64,000 nt of DNA from sequence record NZ_CP119397.1; one strand, written 5' to 3'. The position numbers and the translations under genes are program-made. Below are positions 17,680 to 26,649 of the stretch, one piece after another. Origin of the DNA: a plasmid. Below the pieces are notes generated by a model that was not told where the DNA came from, made no database searches, and saw nothing but the letters and a program-made list of their open reading frames with translations. Within the stretch, counting starts at the first letter, position 1. Every line of letters begins with the position of its first letter.

Positions 17680-19368
17680 ATGGGATACCGGCCCAATATT
17701 CTCGGGCGCGGCAAGGCGCTCTCCTGTGACAAAACCACCACCGGCGCACGGCTGCTCTCCTCGCTTCCGCTCACCCAGTACAACGTTTATGGCCACGCGG
17801 TTATCCGGCGCGGCGATGTCACCACCGACTGCCCTAAGTGCGGCCAGCGCGGCCGTGTGGTCGAGGGCGACACGCGCTTTACCATTCATGGCATCCCCGT
17901 CGCCGTTGACGGCGGGCAGGTAAGCTGCGGCTGCCCGCCCGGCACCAACCGCATCATCGCCCCGCTCGGGCAGTGGCTGGGGCGCGGCCCCTCGCCGCAA
18001 GAGGTGGCGCAGGAGAAGCACACCGCGATGCTGGCCGCCCAACAGGCGGAGCGGGAAGCCCAGGCGTTACAGCAGGCAGCAGCGCGCGAGCGCAACCGGG
18101 TGTTTGCCAAATCCTGTTTGCGCGGTGAGGGCTGTAACGATGCCGGGGACACCCCGGAGCCGCACACCCACTTTGCCGAGATGGGGATTTTCCAGGCGCT
18201 GCCGGAGGCGGACGTACCGCAGCACGCGCAGGCCGCAAAAAGAAAACCGCCCGCGCCGGAGGATATTCCAAAACCCAAAAAGCGCAGTGCGCTCTACCGC
18301 TGGCTGAACGGCAACCATGAGGAGAGGGACTATCAGGCGGCGGTTGCCGCCGCCAGCGCCGCCGCACGGGCACACACCGCCACCGCCGGGGCGGCGGTAC
18401 TTGAGCAGGTCGCGGGGCGCTTCACGCCCTACGGCACCTGGGCAGTACGCGCAGGCACGGTGGCCGCCGGGGGCTTTGGCGCGCCCGTCGCCGGGCTGCT
18501 GGTGGGGATGATGCCGGGGCGGCTCAATGACGGTGAGCAGGACTTTATCGACCGGATGCGCGCCGAACAGATGCGCACCGCCCCGAGCCGGGTGCGTTTC
18601 ACCTGGGAAAGCGATGCACAGGGCAACCCGGTGCCGCGCGGCTGGCACACGCCGCCGGGCCGGGACAGCGTGCGGGTGCGCAGCATGGACTGGGACAGCC
18701 AGCGGCAGGCGTATACCTTCACCACCGAGGAAGAACAGCCCGTCACGATTATCTGGACGCCGGACCGTTCCGGGGTGCATGTTCCCACGAACACCGGCAA
18801 CCCGAATCCTCCGAAGCTGCCAAACCCGGTGATGGTGAACCCGCTGCCCGACAGCACCGGTCTCCGGGCCACCACCAGCCCGTCCCCGGACGAGAAAAGT
18901 TTCGCGGATTACATCCTGATTCTGCCGGTGGCGGACATTCCGCCAATTTATATTTATCTGAGCAAGCCGCCGGTGGAATTTCTGGAGGTAAAACCGTACC
19001 GTGATTTTAACGGACGCTCCAGGCAGGGGCATTATCATGTGGATCACATGCCATCACGTCAGGCCGTAATTTTGTACTTACGGCGTAAGCATCCTGATTT
19101 ACGTGACAAGCAAATCAAAGAGATGGCCGATCAAGTGGCGGCAATTGCCATCCCTGAAAAAGTACACCGTCAGGAAAGCGCAACCTATGGTGGAAGAAAC
19201 CGCTCTCAAATGGAATTTGACTCTTATAACCTTCGGGCCGCTATCAATAAGGATTTTGACCAAATCAAACCGATATTGCTGGAAGAATATGGTGCGACAG
19301 AGGCAGAACTGGACGCCTGCAGAGAAGAAATGCACAGAATTAATACTGAACTGGGAATATACAAATGA
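17680..19368 (+). CDS. PAAR-like polymorphic toxin (PAAR-like N-term, S-type-pyocin-like middle, unassigned C-terminal toxin domain)
   Basis: N-term has Cys-containing PAAR-like repeats (VYGHAVIRRGDVTTDCPKCG / GIPVAVDGGQVSCGCPPG). Ala/Gln-rich linker. The middle region (PVPRGWHTPPGRDSVRVRSMDWDSQRQAYTFTT...IIWTPD) resembles the Pyocin_S domain. C-terminal ~150 aa contain GHYHVDHMPSRQ and have no confident family assignment. Stop overlaps the ATG of the next gene (ATGA). Confidence 0.6.
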   Translation: MGYRPNILGRGKALSCDKTTTGARLLSSLPLTQYNVYGHAVIRRGDVTTDCPKCGQRGRVVEGDTRFTIHGIPVAVDGGQVSCGCPPGTNRIIAPLGQWLGRGPSPQEVAQEKHTAMLAAQQAEREAQALQQAAARERNRVFAKSCLRGEGCNDAGDTPEPHTHFAEMGIFQALPEADVPQHAQAAKRKPPAPEDIPKPKKRSALYRWLNGNHEERDYQAAVAAASAAARAHTATAGAAVLEQVAGRFTPYGTWAVRAGTVAAGGFGAPVAGLLVGMMPGRLNDGEQDFIDRMRAEQMRTAPSRVRFTWESDAQGNPVPRGWHTPPGRDSVRVRSMDWDSQRQAYTFTTEEEQPVTIIWTPDRSGVHVPTNTGNPNPPKLPNPVMVNPLPDSTGLRATTSPSPDEKSFADYILILPVADIPPIYIYLSKPPVEFLEVKPYRDFNGRSRQGHYHVDHMPSRQAVILYLRRKHPDLRDKQIKEMADQVAAIAIPEKVHRQESATYGGRNRSQMEFDSYNLRAAINKDFDQIKPILLEEYGATEAELDACREEMHRINTELGIYK

Positions 19369-19832
19369 CAATGGATATTAAATCGCTGATATGCAGTTTA
19401 GAAGAACCCTATCAAGCTATTTGCGATGCGGGAATTATTACTTACCGAACGCCGCCGCAAGGCACACAGTGTGATCCTTATCTGACACTGGACATGAAAA
19501 ATGAAGGTGTTTTCTTGACCTTCACTAATGATGATAAAAAAGCACTTAGCGAGATCTCTTTAGAGCTTAAAACTGGCAGGAGAAAGGGGGTATATCCCAA
19601 TGAGCTTCTCGCCCCTTTAAAGCAGGATATGTCCCGTAGCTGGGTACATAAGGTCTTTGGATCACCGGATAAAAGCAACCCGCCAAAGATAGTTTTAAAA
19701 ACAGAAATTGGCTGGGTTGAGCGCTTTATGGTAGAGGGTTTTCATATTCCTATAGCGATGGTCTTTTACTATGACATGGAGGAAATGGCTGAGGCTGTCA
19801 CTTTCCTTCCGACCTCGAGATTGAGGTGGTAA
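19365..19832 (+). CDS. cognate immunity protein (family unknown)
   Basis: ATG overlaps the toxin stop. 155 aa. Two further paralogs lie downstream. Conserved WVHxxxGxP and C-terminal MPTSxLRW. Confidence 0.55.
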   Translation: MTMDIKSLICSLEEPYQAICDAGIITYRTPPQGTQCDPYLTLDMKNEGVFLTFTNDDKKALSEISLELKTGRRKGVYPNELLAPLKQDMSRSWVHKVFGSPDKSNPPKIVLKTEIGWVERFMVEGFHIPIAMVFYYDMEEMAEAVTFLPTSRLRW

Positions 19833-19911
19833 ATCCCGTCTGCCTGTATAGATTTCTGTGCAGGCAGAGTAATGGCAGGCAAGCCCTGCCGATATGAATA
19901 GGGCTGTACAA

Positions 19912-20379
19912 ATGACAGTAAACGTAGACGCCTTAATAAATAGCCTGGGGAAATCTTATAACGATATGCTTGAGGCTGAACTTATTCCCTATAAAACCCC
20001 CCCTACCGGATTTTCAGGTGATCCTGAGATCAGTCTGGATATGGCTAAAGAGGGGGTTTATCTGTCATTTAAGCGGGATGGGCGGATTTTACAGACTGTG
20101 ATCCTGAGCATTCAACATGACAAAGTAAGTAATTGGGTTTTCCCAAATGACCTGCCTTCCCCCCTACAAAAGATTATGTCAAGGCCATGGGTTCATGAAC
20201 ACATTGGTAAACCATTAAGAAGCGTACCTCCGAAAGTTATTATGAGACGAGCTTTTGGCTGGATGGATTTATACGAAGCTAAAGGTTGGGCAATCCCGAT
20301 CAGTATGCAAATCAGCTATGACGTGATGGATAATGTCAGAGCCGTCGCCTTTATGCCCACCGCCGAATTACGCTGGTAG
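19912..20379 (+). CDS. orphan immunity-protein paralog 2
   Basis: About 45% identity by eye to 19365..19832 and ~65% to 21198..21665. Start taken at MTVNVDALINS (the ORF-track start lies inside a duplicated CPCC-gene 3' fragment). Confidence 0.5.
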   Translation: MTVNVDALINSLGKSYNDMLEAELIPYKTPPTGFSGDPEISLDMAKEGVYLSFKRDGRILQTVILSIQHDKVSNWVFPNDLPSPLQKIMSRPWVHEHIGKPLRSVPPKVIMRRAFGWMDLYEAKGWAIPISMQISYDVMDNVRAVAFMPTAELRW

Positions 20380-20551
20380 CCTTATCACTTTTACCACCCC
20401 GCCCGCGCATGCCACTGCGCGGGCAGTGATGTGATTCAGTATCGTGTCGGTGAATTGTAATTAACACTTGAGCAACTTGATAAAAATGATGATATATTTT
20501 CACCACAATAAAACTCTATTAACTTAACTATAACGCGCTCAAAATATTTTT

Positions 20552-20731
20552 ATGGGAAAATTACACCTACGCCCTTGCTGTGGCGATAAAGAAATATATG
20601 AACCTGGATCATGTGAAATATGTGAGCGTTGTGGCTGGGAGGATGATCCAGCGCAGAGTAAGCATCCCGATACTTTACGGGGAGCGAACCATATGACGCT
20701 TAATGAAGCCAGGCAAGCCCTGCCGATATGA
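20552..20731 (+). CDS. CPCC-family cysteine-rich small protein
   Basis: 59 aa: MGKLHLRPCCGDKEIYEPGSCEICERCGWEDDPAQ... This matches the CPCC...C-x2-C-x-WEDD pattern of Cys_rich_CPCC proteins, which are often found in toxin/immunity loci. It falls below the length cutoff of the supplied ORF track. Confidence 0.5.
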   Translation: MGKLHLRPCCGDKEIYEPGSCEICERCGWEDDPAQSKHPDTLRGANHMTLNEARQALPI

Positions 20732-20886
20732 TAATCACCACATGGCAGCAAATATTCCGTTATTTTATATTTATTTACATACAAAGCCGCGGGAAACGAG
20801 TAGCCAGATGGAAAAATACCACGTGAAAATTTATGAATGGGATTCTCAACATGGTACTGTTGAAATATGAGAAAGGTTGAAAAGTA

Positions 20887-21138
20887 ATGATTTCTTATTC
20901 TATTGAGATATTTGATAAATGTAGTGAAGAGTTAATTAAAGAAATAAAAATACCTAATTATCAACTAGATCTAGTGATTGAGATCATGGGATTTGACACT
21001 ATAGAAAAAGAGTCCTTTATTAAGGGGGTGGGGGGTTTCAATGTTACAAAGGAACAGGCTGTCAAATTGGAATCCTTATTAATGGTAGAATTCCATTCAG
21101 AAAAATACATTATTCAGATTGCAGGTGGCGAGATATAA
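20887..21138 (+). CDS. hypothetical small protein (AT-rich, foreign-looking)
   Basis: 83-aa ORF with GAAAGG RBS, in a ~30% GC stretch between the CPCC gene and immunity paralog 3. Confidence 0.3.
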   Translation: MISYSIEIFDKCSEELIKEIKIPNYQLDLVIEIMGFDTIEKESFIKGVGGFNVTKEQAVKLESLLMVEFHSEKYIIQIAGGEI

Positions 21139-21197
21139 AAGCATTTATTTTCCCATTATTTTATGGATGGAATAAACAGTAAAATGGAATTTTATAA

Positions 21198-21665
21198 ATG
21201 ACCGTAAATGTTGATGCAATGATTAATAGCTTAGGAAAGAGTTACATTGAGCTTGTTGATTCAGGATTGATTGTGTACAAATCCCCGCCGAAAGGAGCGT
21301 CAGGCTCTCCTGTGCTTAGTCTGGAGATGGCATTAGAGGGAATTTTCTTATCCTTTAAACGTGATGGACGAATTTTAAAATCGATAACACTTCGGCTCCA
21401 ACATAATGAAAGTCATAATTGGGCTTTTCCTAATCAACTACCGCTTCCTTTACAAAATAATATGTCCCGCAGTTGGGTACATGAAAATATTGGGTCGCCA
21501 TTAAGAAGTGCGCCTCCCTACATTGTGATGAAACAGGCTTTTGGCTGGGCAGATCTGTATGAATCAAAAGGACGTCCTATACCCACCAATATGCAAATTA
21601 ACTATGACGTGATGGATAATGTAAGATCGGTCACCTTTATGCCCACGTCCGAACTTCGCTGGTAG
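21198..21665 (+). CDS. orphan immunity-protein paralog 3
   Basis: 155 aa: MTVNVDAMINSLGKSY...MPTSELRW. Clear paralog of the two genes above. Confidence 0.5.
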   Translation: MTVNVDAMINSLGKSYIELVDSGLIVYKSPPKGASGSPVLSLEMALEGIFLSFKRDGRILKSITLRLQHNESHNWAFPNQLPLPLQNNMSRSWVHENIGSPLRSAPPYIVMKQAFGWADLYESKGRPIPTNMQINYDVMDNVRSVTFMPTSELRW

Positions 21666-21682
21666 CGTCCCACACTTTACCC

Positions 21683-22739
21683 GGCTTTGTTGAATAAATC
21701 AGATTTCGGGTAAGTCTCCCCCGTAGCGGGTTGTGTTTTCAGGCAATACGCACGCTTTCAGGTATACCTGCTTTCGTCATTTTGTTCAGCGCTCGTACCA
21801 GGGCCATAGCCTCCGCAACCTGACCATCGTAGTCACGCAGCGTCAGTGAACCCCCGAACAGCTGTTTTACCCGGTACATCGCCGTTTCCGCTATCGAGCG
21901 ACGGTTGTAATCTGTTGTCCATTTCCACCGCGCATTACTCCCGGTCATTCGCTGATTAGCCACTGCACGGTTACGGTCTGCATATTCACCGGGCCAGTAA
22001 CCCGCACCTTTTCGGGGAGGGATAAGCGCGCTGATTTTCTTACGCCGCAGTTCATCGTGACATAGCCGGGTATCGTAAGCGCCATCGGCGGCGGCTGACC
22101 TGATTTTCCGGTGGGTTTGCCGGATTAACCCGGGGAAGGCCTCTGAGTCCGTAACGTTGTTCAGCGACAGGTCAGCGCAGATGATTTCATGTGTTTTACT
22201 GTCAACGGCGAGATGCAGCTTACGCCAGATACGGCGGCGTTCCTGGCCATGCTTTTTGACTTTCCACTCGCCTTCACCGAAGACCTTCAGCCCGGTGGAA
22301 TCAATTACCAGGTGTGCGATTTCACCCCGGGTGGGCGTTTTGAAACTGACATTAACCGACTTTGCCCGCCTGCTGACACAGCTGTAATCCGGGCAGCGTA
22401 GCGGAACGTTCATCAGAGAAAAAATGGAATCAATAAAGCCCTGCGCAGCCCGCAGGGTCAGCCTGAATACGCGTTTAATGACCAGCACAGTAGTGATGGC
22501 AAGGTCAGAATAGCGCTGAGGTCTGCCTCGTGAAGAAGGTGTTGCTGACTCATACCAGGCCTGAATAGCTTCATCATCCAGCCAGAAAGTTATGGAGCCA
22601 CGGTTGATGAGGGCTTTATTGTAGGTGGGCCAGTTGGTGATTTTGAACTTTTGCTTTGCCACGGAACGGTCTGCGTTGTCGGGAAGATACGTGATCTGAT
22701 CCTTCAACTCAGCAAAAGTTCGATTTATTCAACAAAGCC
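21683..22739 (-). mobile_element. IS903 (IS5 family), complete, 1057 bp
   Basis: 18-bp terminal inverted repeats ggctttgttgaataaatc at both ends. Flanked by the 9-bp direct repeat ACTTTACCC (21674..21682 and 22740..22748), a target-site duplication. The transposase is intact. Confidence 0.85.
21739..22707 (-). CDS. tnp: IS903 transposase (IS5 family, DDE)
   Basis: N-terminus MKDQITYLPDNADRSVAKQKFKITNWPTYNKALINRGS matches the IS903 transposase as recalled. Confidence 0.9.
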   Translation of the reverse strand: MKDQITYLPDNADRSVAKQKFKITNWPTYNKALINRGSITFWLDDEAIQAWYESATPSSRGRPQRYSDLAITTVLVIKRVFRLTLRAAQGFIDSIFSLMNVPLRCPDYSCVSRRAKSVNVSFKTPTRGEIAHLVIDSTGLKVFGEGEWKVKKHGQERRRIWRKLHLAVDSKTHEIICADLSLNNVTDSEAFPGLIRQTHRKIRSAAADGAYDTRLCHDELRRKKISALIPPRKGAGYWPGEYADRNRAVANQRMTGSNARWKWTTDYNRRSIAETAMYRVKQLFGGSLTLRDYDGQVAEAMALVRALNKMTKAGIPESVRIA

Positions 22740-22785
22740 ACTTTACCCCGACCCGCGCAGCTTATTGCGCGGGCGGGGTATGACA

Positions 22786-23667
22786 TCACTTTATGCTTTC
22801 ACCTGATGAATCTCGGCAATATAGCCGCCGGGGGAATTCGACCATCGCGGCGGGCGCGGTGGTATCGGCAGAACGCCAGAGGATTTTCGCATGGCTGGCC
22901 AGCGCCTTGTCCAGGGTTTGCTGGAGATCGGTGACACCGTAACCGGTGCGCTCATGGCCGAACGGGTAAGGCAGGTGGCCGTCGGTCACGAAAATCTTGA
23001 CCTTGCCGAAGGTGGAGGAGAGGTCCACTTCACGCACGGTGCCGCTGGTTTCGCCGATCAGGGCGGCGCTGACCTGCTGGTCACGGTCAACTTTGCCTTG
23101 TGAAAACTGCTGGTAGCTGCGGATGAAATCCTTCACCCGGTAGCGTGACAGGTAGACGCGGTTCTCCGGCACGCTGCTCAGCGGCGCGTAATCCGGCGCT
23201 TTGGTGTGCCAGTAAAGCTGCATATTCACGCCGCCCGGCCACTGGATCACCGCATCGCGGCCAATCGGGTCCGGGAACGGCTCGACCAGCACATCCGCCC
23301 CTGCCGCTTTCGCCTGCGCCACGGCCGCATCCATATCCCGCACCAGAAAACCGTTGCGCTCATCGCCGAACGGGTAAGGTGTTGGGGTCTGGAAATCAAA
23401 CACCGAGAAGCTGCCGACCGGTGTCAGCACCAGTTGGGAGAGCGTCTCGCTGGGGGTAGGGGTGACGTCGGCGGTGATGCGTTGGGTAGCCTTGCCGCCA
23501 AAGGTGTGCAGCAGGCTGTTGACGAAATCATCCATTTTGCCTGGCTGCACGTAAACATGGGTGGTGTCATATTGGGCACCCACCGCCAGGCTCTGGGCGG
23601 CCCAGGCCGCCGGGCACGCGCTCAGGGAGAGCGCCAAAGCGAGCACGCCAAACCGGGTTTTATTCAT
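22786..23667 (-). CDS. secreted two-repeat VOC/glyoxalase-like protein
   Basis: Signal peptide MNKTRFGVLALALSLSACPAAWA. Internal duplication (YPFGDERNGF / YPFGHERTGY). AGGAGAAGG RBS. Confidence 0.45.
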   Translation of the reverse strand: MNKTRFGVLALALSLSACPAAWAAQSLAVGAQYDTTHVYVQPGKMDDFVNSLLHTFGGKATQRITADVTPTPSETLSQLVLTPVGSFSVFDFQTPTPYPFGDERNGFLVRDMDAAVAQAKAAGADVLVEPFPDPIGRDAVIQWPGGVNMQLYWHTKAPDYAPLSSVPENRVYLSRYRVKDFIRSYQQFSQGKVDRDQQVSAALIGETSGTVREVDLSSTFGKVKIFVTDGHLPYPFGHERTGYGVTDLQQTLDKALASHAKILWRSADTTAPAAMVEFPRRLYCRDSSGESIK

Positions 23668-23767
23668 GACCTTCTCCTGTGGGCAATAACATCCCCGGCC
23701 TTCACCGGCCGGTTGCAGAACACCAGAAAAAGCAGGTGGCACCGGGCGGCACCACCTTCAGGCCGGG

Positions 23768-24589
23768 TTAACGGGATTGCAGGAACGCCAGCAGGTCTTC
23801 GTTCAGCTGATCCTGATGGGTGGCTGCAAAGCCGTGCGGGCCGTTGTCGTAGACTTTCAGCTCCGCGCCGGGGATCAGGTCTGCCGAGAGTTTGCCGGTC
23901 GCCTCGAACGGCACGATCTGGTCATTGCTGCCGTGGATCACCAGCGTCGGCACACTGGCTTTTTTGATGTCGTCGCGGAAATCCGTCTCAGAGAAGGCGG
24001 TCACGCAGTCGATGGTGCCTTTCAGCGAGGCGAGCAGCGCGATGTTCAGGGTCTGGGTCAGCACGCCCTCAGAGACGTTCTGCCCGGCATTCAGGCCGTA
24101 GAACGGCGTGGCGAAATCGCTGATAAACTGCGCACGGTCTTTGAGCAGGCCCTCTTTGATGCCGTCAAACACGCTCTGATCCACGCCCTGTGGATGGTCA
24201 TCCGTCTTGCCGAAAATCGGTGTCACCGCGCCCAGCAGCACCAGCGCGGCCACGCGGTCGCTGCCGTAACGGCCGATATAGCGCGTCACGTCCCCGCCGC
24301 CCATCGAGAAGCCCACCAGCGTCACCTCGTTGAGATCGAGTCCGGTGATCAGGTCGTTGATGTCAGAGGCGAAGGTGTCGTAGTCATACCCTTCCCACGG
24401 CTGGTCGGAACGGCCAAACCCGCGACGGTCAAAGGCGATGGCGCGGTAGCCGCGTTCCGCCAGGAAGTTCATCTGGCTGTCCCACATGTCCGCATCCAGC
24501 GGCCAGCCGTGGCTGAACAGTACCGGCTTGCCGGTGCCCCAGTCTTTGTAATAGATCTGCGTGCCGTCTTGGGTGGTGATGGTGCTCAT
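23768..24589 (-). CDS. alpha/beta hydrolase (non-haem haloperoxidase/arylesterase-like)
   Basis: HGWPLDADMWD, GFSMGGG nucleophile elbow, C-terminal HG. AGGAG RBS before MSTITTQDG. Confidence 0.75.
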   Translation of the reverse strand: MSTITTQDGTQIYYKDWGTGKPVLFSHGWPLDADMWDSQMNFLAERGYRAIAFDRRGFGRSDQPWEGYDYDTFASDINDLITGLDLNEVTLVGFSMGGGDVTRYIGRYGSDRVAALVLLGAVTPIFGKTDDHPQGVDQSVFDGIKEGLLKDRAQFISDFATPFYGLNAGQNVSEGVLTQTLNIALLASLKGTIDCVTAFSETDFRDDIKKASVPTLVIHGSNDQIVPFEATGKLSADLIPGAELKVYDNGPHGFAATHQDQLNEDLLAFLQSR

Positions 24590-24917
24590 GGCGATCTCCT
24601 GAACGTAGTGGATGAAAGGGTCCGGATAAAACAGGGTAAATACACGCCGGAACAGGCGTTGCCTCAGCGGCACCCTATCCGGCGTGATCAACATACTCAG
24701 CCGCCCCCGCCGGGCGTGTTGGCGCCCCGGCAGGATGTGGCCGGATTATGGTCAGCGGGGCAACGCAGCGTCTAGTTATACGTAGGGATAGGTATACCTA
24801 AAGATAATAGTGCCGCCGCTGCGCCCGCCCTACCATGCACCCTGAGAGTTATGACTGCGGCCGCGCCCTTTTGCCGGCTGCCTTTTCCTTGTTACACCAA
24901 CCTCAATGGGTACCGCT

Positions 24918-25604
24918 ATGACCAACACGAAACTTGAAGTCCTGACGCCGGACAATTGCCAGATGATCTTCATCGACCAGCAGCCGCAAATGGCCTTTGG
25001 GGTACAGTCCATCGACCGCCAGGTGCTGAAAAACAACACCGTTGCGCTGGCAAAAGCGGCGAAAGTCTTCAATATCCCGACCATCATCACCACGGTGGAA
25101 ACCGAGAGCTTCTCCGGCCATACCTACCCTGAACTGCTGGACGTGTTCCCGACCCACGACATCCTGGAGCGCACCTCCATGAACTCCTGGGATGACCAGA
25201 AAGTGCGTGATGCGCTGGCCGCGACCGGCAAGAAAAAAGTGGTGGTCTCCGGCCTGTGGACGGAAGTGTGCAACAACAGCTTCGCCCTGTGCGCGATGCT
25301 GGAAGGCGGCTATGAGATCTACATGGTGGCGGACGCCTCCGGCGGCACCACCAAAGAGGCGCATGATTTCGCCATGCAGCGCATGATCCAGGCGGGCGTG
25401 ATCCCGGTGACCTGGCAGCAGGTGATGCTGGAGTGGCAGCGTGACTGGGCGCACAAAGAGACTTACACCGCGGTGATGGACATCGTCCGGGAGCATTCCG
25501 GTGCCTACGGCATGGGCGTGGATTACGCCTACACCATGGTGCACAAAGCCGAAGCCCGCCTGCCGGGCGACCACCGCACGCTGTCGCCGGTACCGGCCCG
25601 CTAA
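24918..25604 (+). CDS. isochorismatase-family hydrolase (YcaC-like)
   Basis: MTNTKLEVLTPDNCQMIFIDQQ aligns with the YcaC N-terminus. Catalytic Cys in GLWTEVC. Confidence 0.75.
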   Translation: MTNTKLEVLTPDNCQMIFIDQQPQMAFGVQSIDRQVLKNNTVALAKAAKVFNIPTIITTVETESFSGHTYPELLDVFPTHDILERTSMNSWDDQKVRDALAATGKKKVVVSGLWTEVCNNSFALCAMLEGGYEIYMVADASGGTTKEAHDFAMQRMIQAGVIPVTWQQVMLEWQRDWAHKETYTAVMDIVREHSGAYGMGVDYAYTMVHKAEARLPGDHRTLSPVPAR

Positions 25605-25661
25605 GCCGCCTGCGCCGGCCGGTCACCCGCCCGGCCGGCCCTTTCCCACGGGAGATGTTCC

Positions 25662-25928
25662 ATGAGCACCTGGTTGCTTTCTTTTGGGGCCGGTATCCTT
25701 ATCGGCTTGCTTTACGCGCTGCTGAAGGTGCGGTCACCGGCGCCCCCGGCGATAGCGCTGACCGGCCTGCTCGGCATGGTGTTGGGCGGTGTGCTGGCGA
25801 CCCAGGGCAGCGCCCTGCTCGCACAAAACAGTGCACAGGCCAGCCACCCTGTTGCACAGCGCGCCGTTTCCCAACACGCCCCGGCGGCCGCGCCTGCGGC
25901 GGTCTCCCTTTCGCACCCGGAGGCATGA
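25662..25928 (+). CDS. XapX-domain (DUF1427) small membrane protein
   Basis: GxLxGLxYAxLxVxSPAPPxxALxGLLGM core. Commonly sits next to isochorismatase genes. Confidence 0.5.
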   Translation: MSTWLLSFGAGILIGLLYALLKVRSPAPPAIALTGLLGMVLGGVLATQGSALLAQNSAQASHPVAQRAVSQHAPAAAPAAVSLSHPEA

Positions 25929-26200
25929 TGCTGAAAGCTTATCTCGTTTCTCTGCTGACCGGCCTGTTGGCAGGGATGGTGTACGTCGCGATTGCCGTGC
26001 CGTCGCCCGCACCGCCGGTAGCGGCCTTGCTGGGGCTGTTCGGGATGCTGGTCGGGGAGCAGATTATTCCGGCGATCCGGCGGCTTATTAACCGCCAGCC
26101 ACTGACGATGGCCTGGTTCCGGCATGAGTGCGTGCCTAAAATCAGCGGCACCCCGCCGCCGGAAACGGGCACTGAACCGCCTGCTGCCCCGCCGCGTTAG
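25927..26200 (+). CDS. XapX-domain (DUF1427) small membrane protein, tandem copy
   Basis: MMLKAYLVSLLTGLLAGMVYVAIAVPSPAPPVAALLGLFGM. Overlaps the previous stop. Confidence 0.5.
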
Positions 26201-26211
26201 AGGACACCGGG

Positions 26212-26589
26212 ATGATGCCGCCGTGCATTGCCGTTATCGATGATGAACCCTCCGTCCGCCGCGGGCTGAGCAATCTGCTCCAGTCGGAGGGGTATAGTGT
26301 GGCGGTGTTTGCGTCAGCGGAAGCCTTTCTGCACGACGCCGGCACAGCGGCCAGCATCCTGGCGATTATTGATGTCAAACTCACGGGGATGAGCGGGTTT
26401 GAGCTGTTTGACCATCTGGCGCGTTACCACGCCCCGCCGCCGGTGATTTTTATCTCCGGTCACGGTGATGAACAGATGGAGCGCGCGGCCCTGGACCTTG
26501 GGGCCGTTGCTTTTTTACGTAAACCTATCAATATTGATACACTTTTAGAACATATCCAGCGCGTGCTTGACCGGCCTGACCGGAAATAA
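26212..26589 (+). CDS. single-domain response regulator (receiver only, FixJ/NarL-type REC)
   Basis: IAVIDDEP, phospho-acceptor Asp in IIDVKLTGMSG, FISGHGD. No output domain. GAGGA RBS. Confidence 0.75.
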   Translation: MMPPCIAVIDDEPSVRRGLSNLLQSEGYSVAVFASAEAFLHDAGTAASILAIIDVKLTGMSGFELFDHLARYHAPPPVIFISGHGDEQMERAALDLGAVAFLRKPINIDTLLEHIQRVLDRPDRK

Positions 26590-26649
26590 GCCAAGCGGCG
26601 CGGTTGACGGTGTGCCGCCCTACCGGGCACGGTATGCCGGAGGAACCCG

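Noticed and set aside
20539-20784. 81-aa minus-strand ORF overlapping the CPCC gene
   Set aside because: It has no RBS. The plus-strand 59-aa product has a recognisable conserved Cys pattern and a proper ATG, and the region is otherwise plus-strand oriented.
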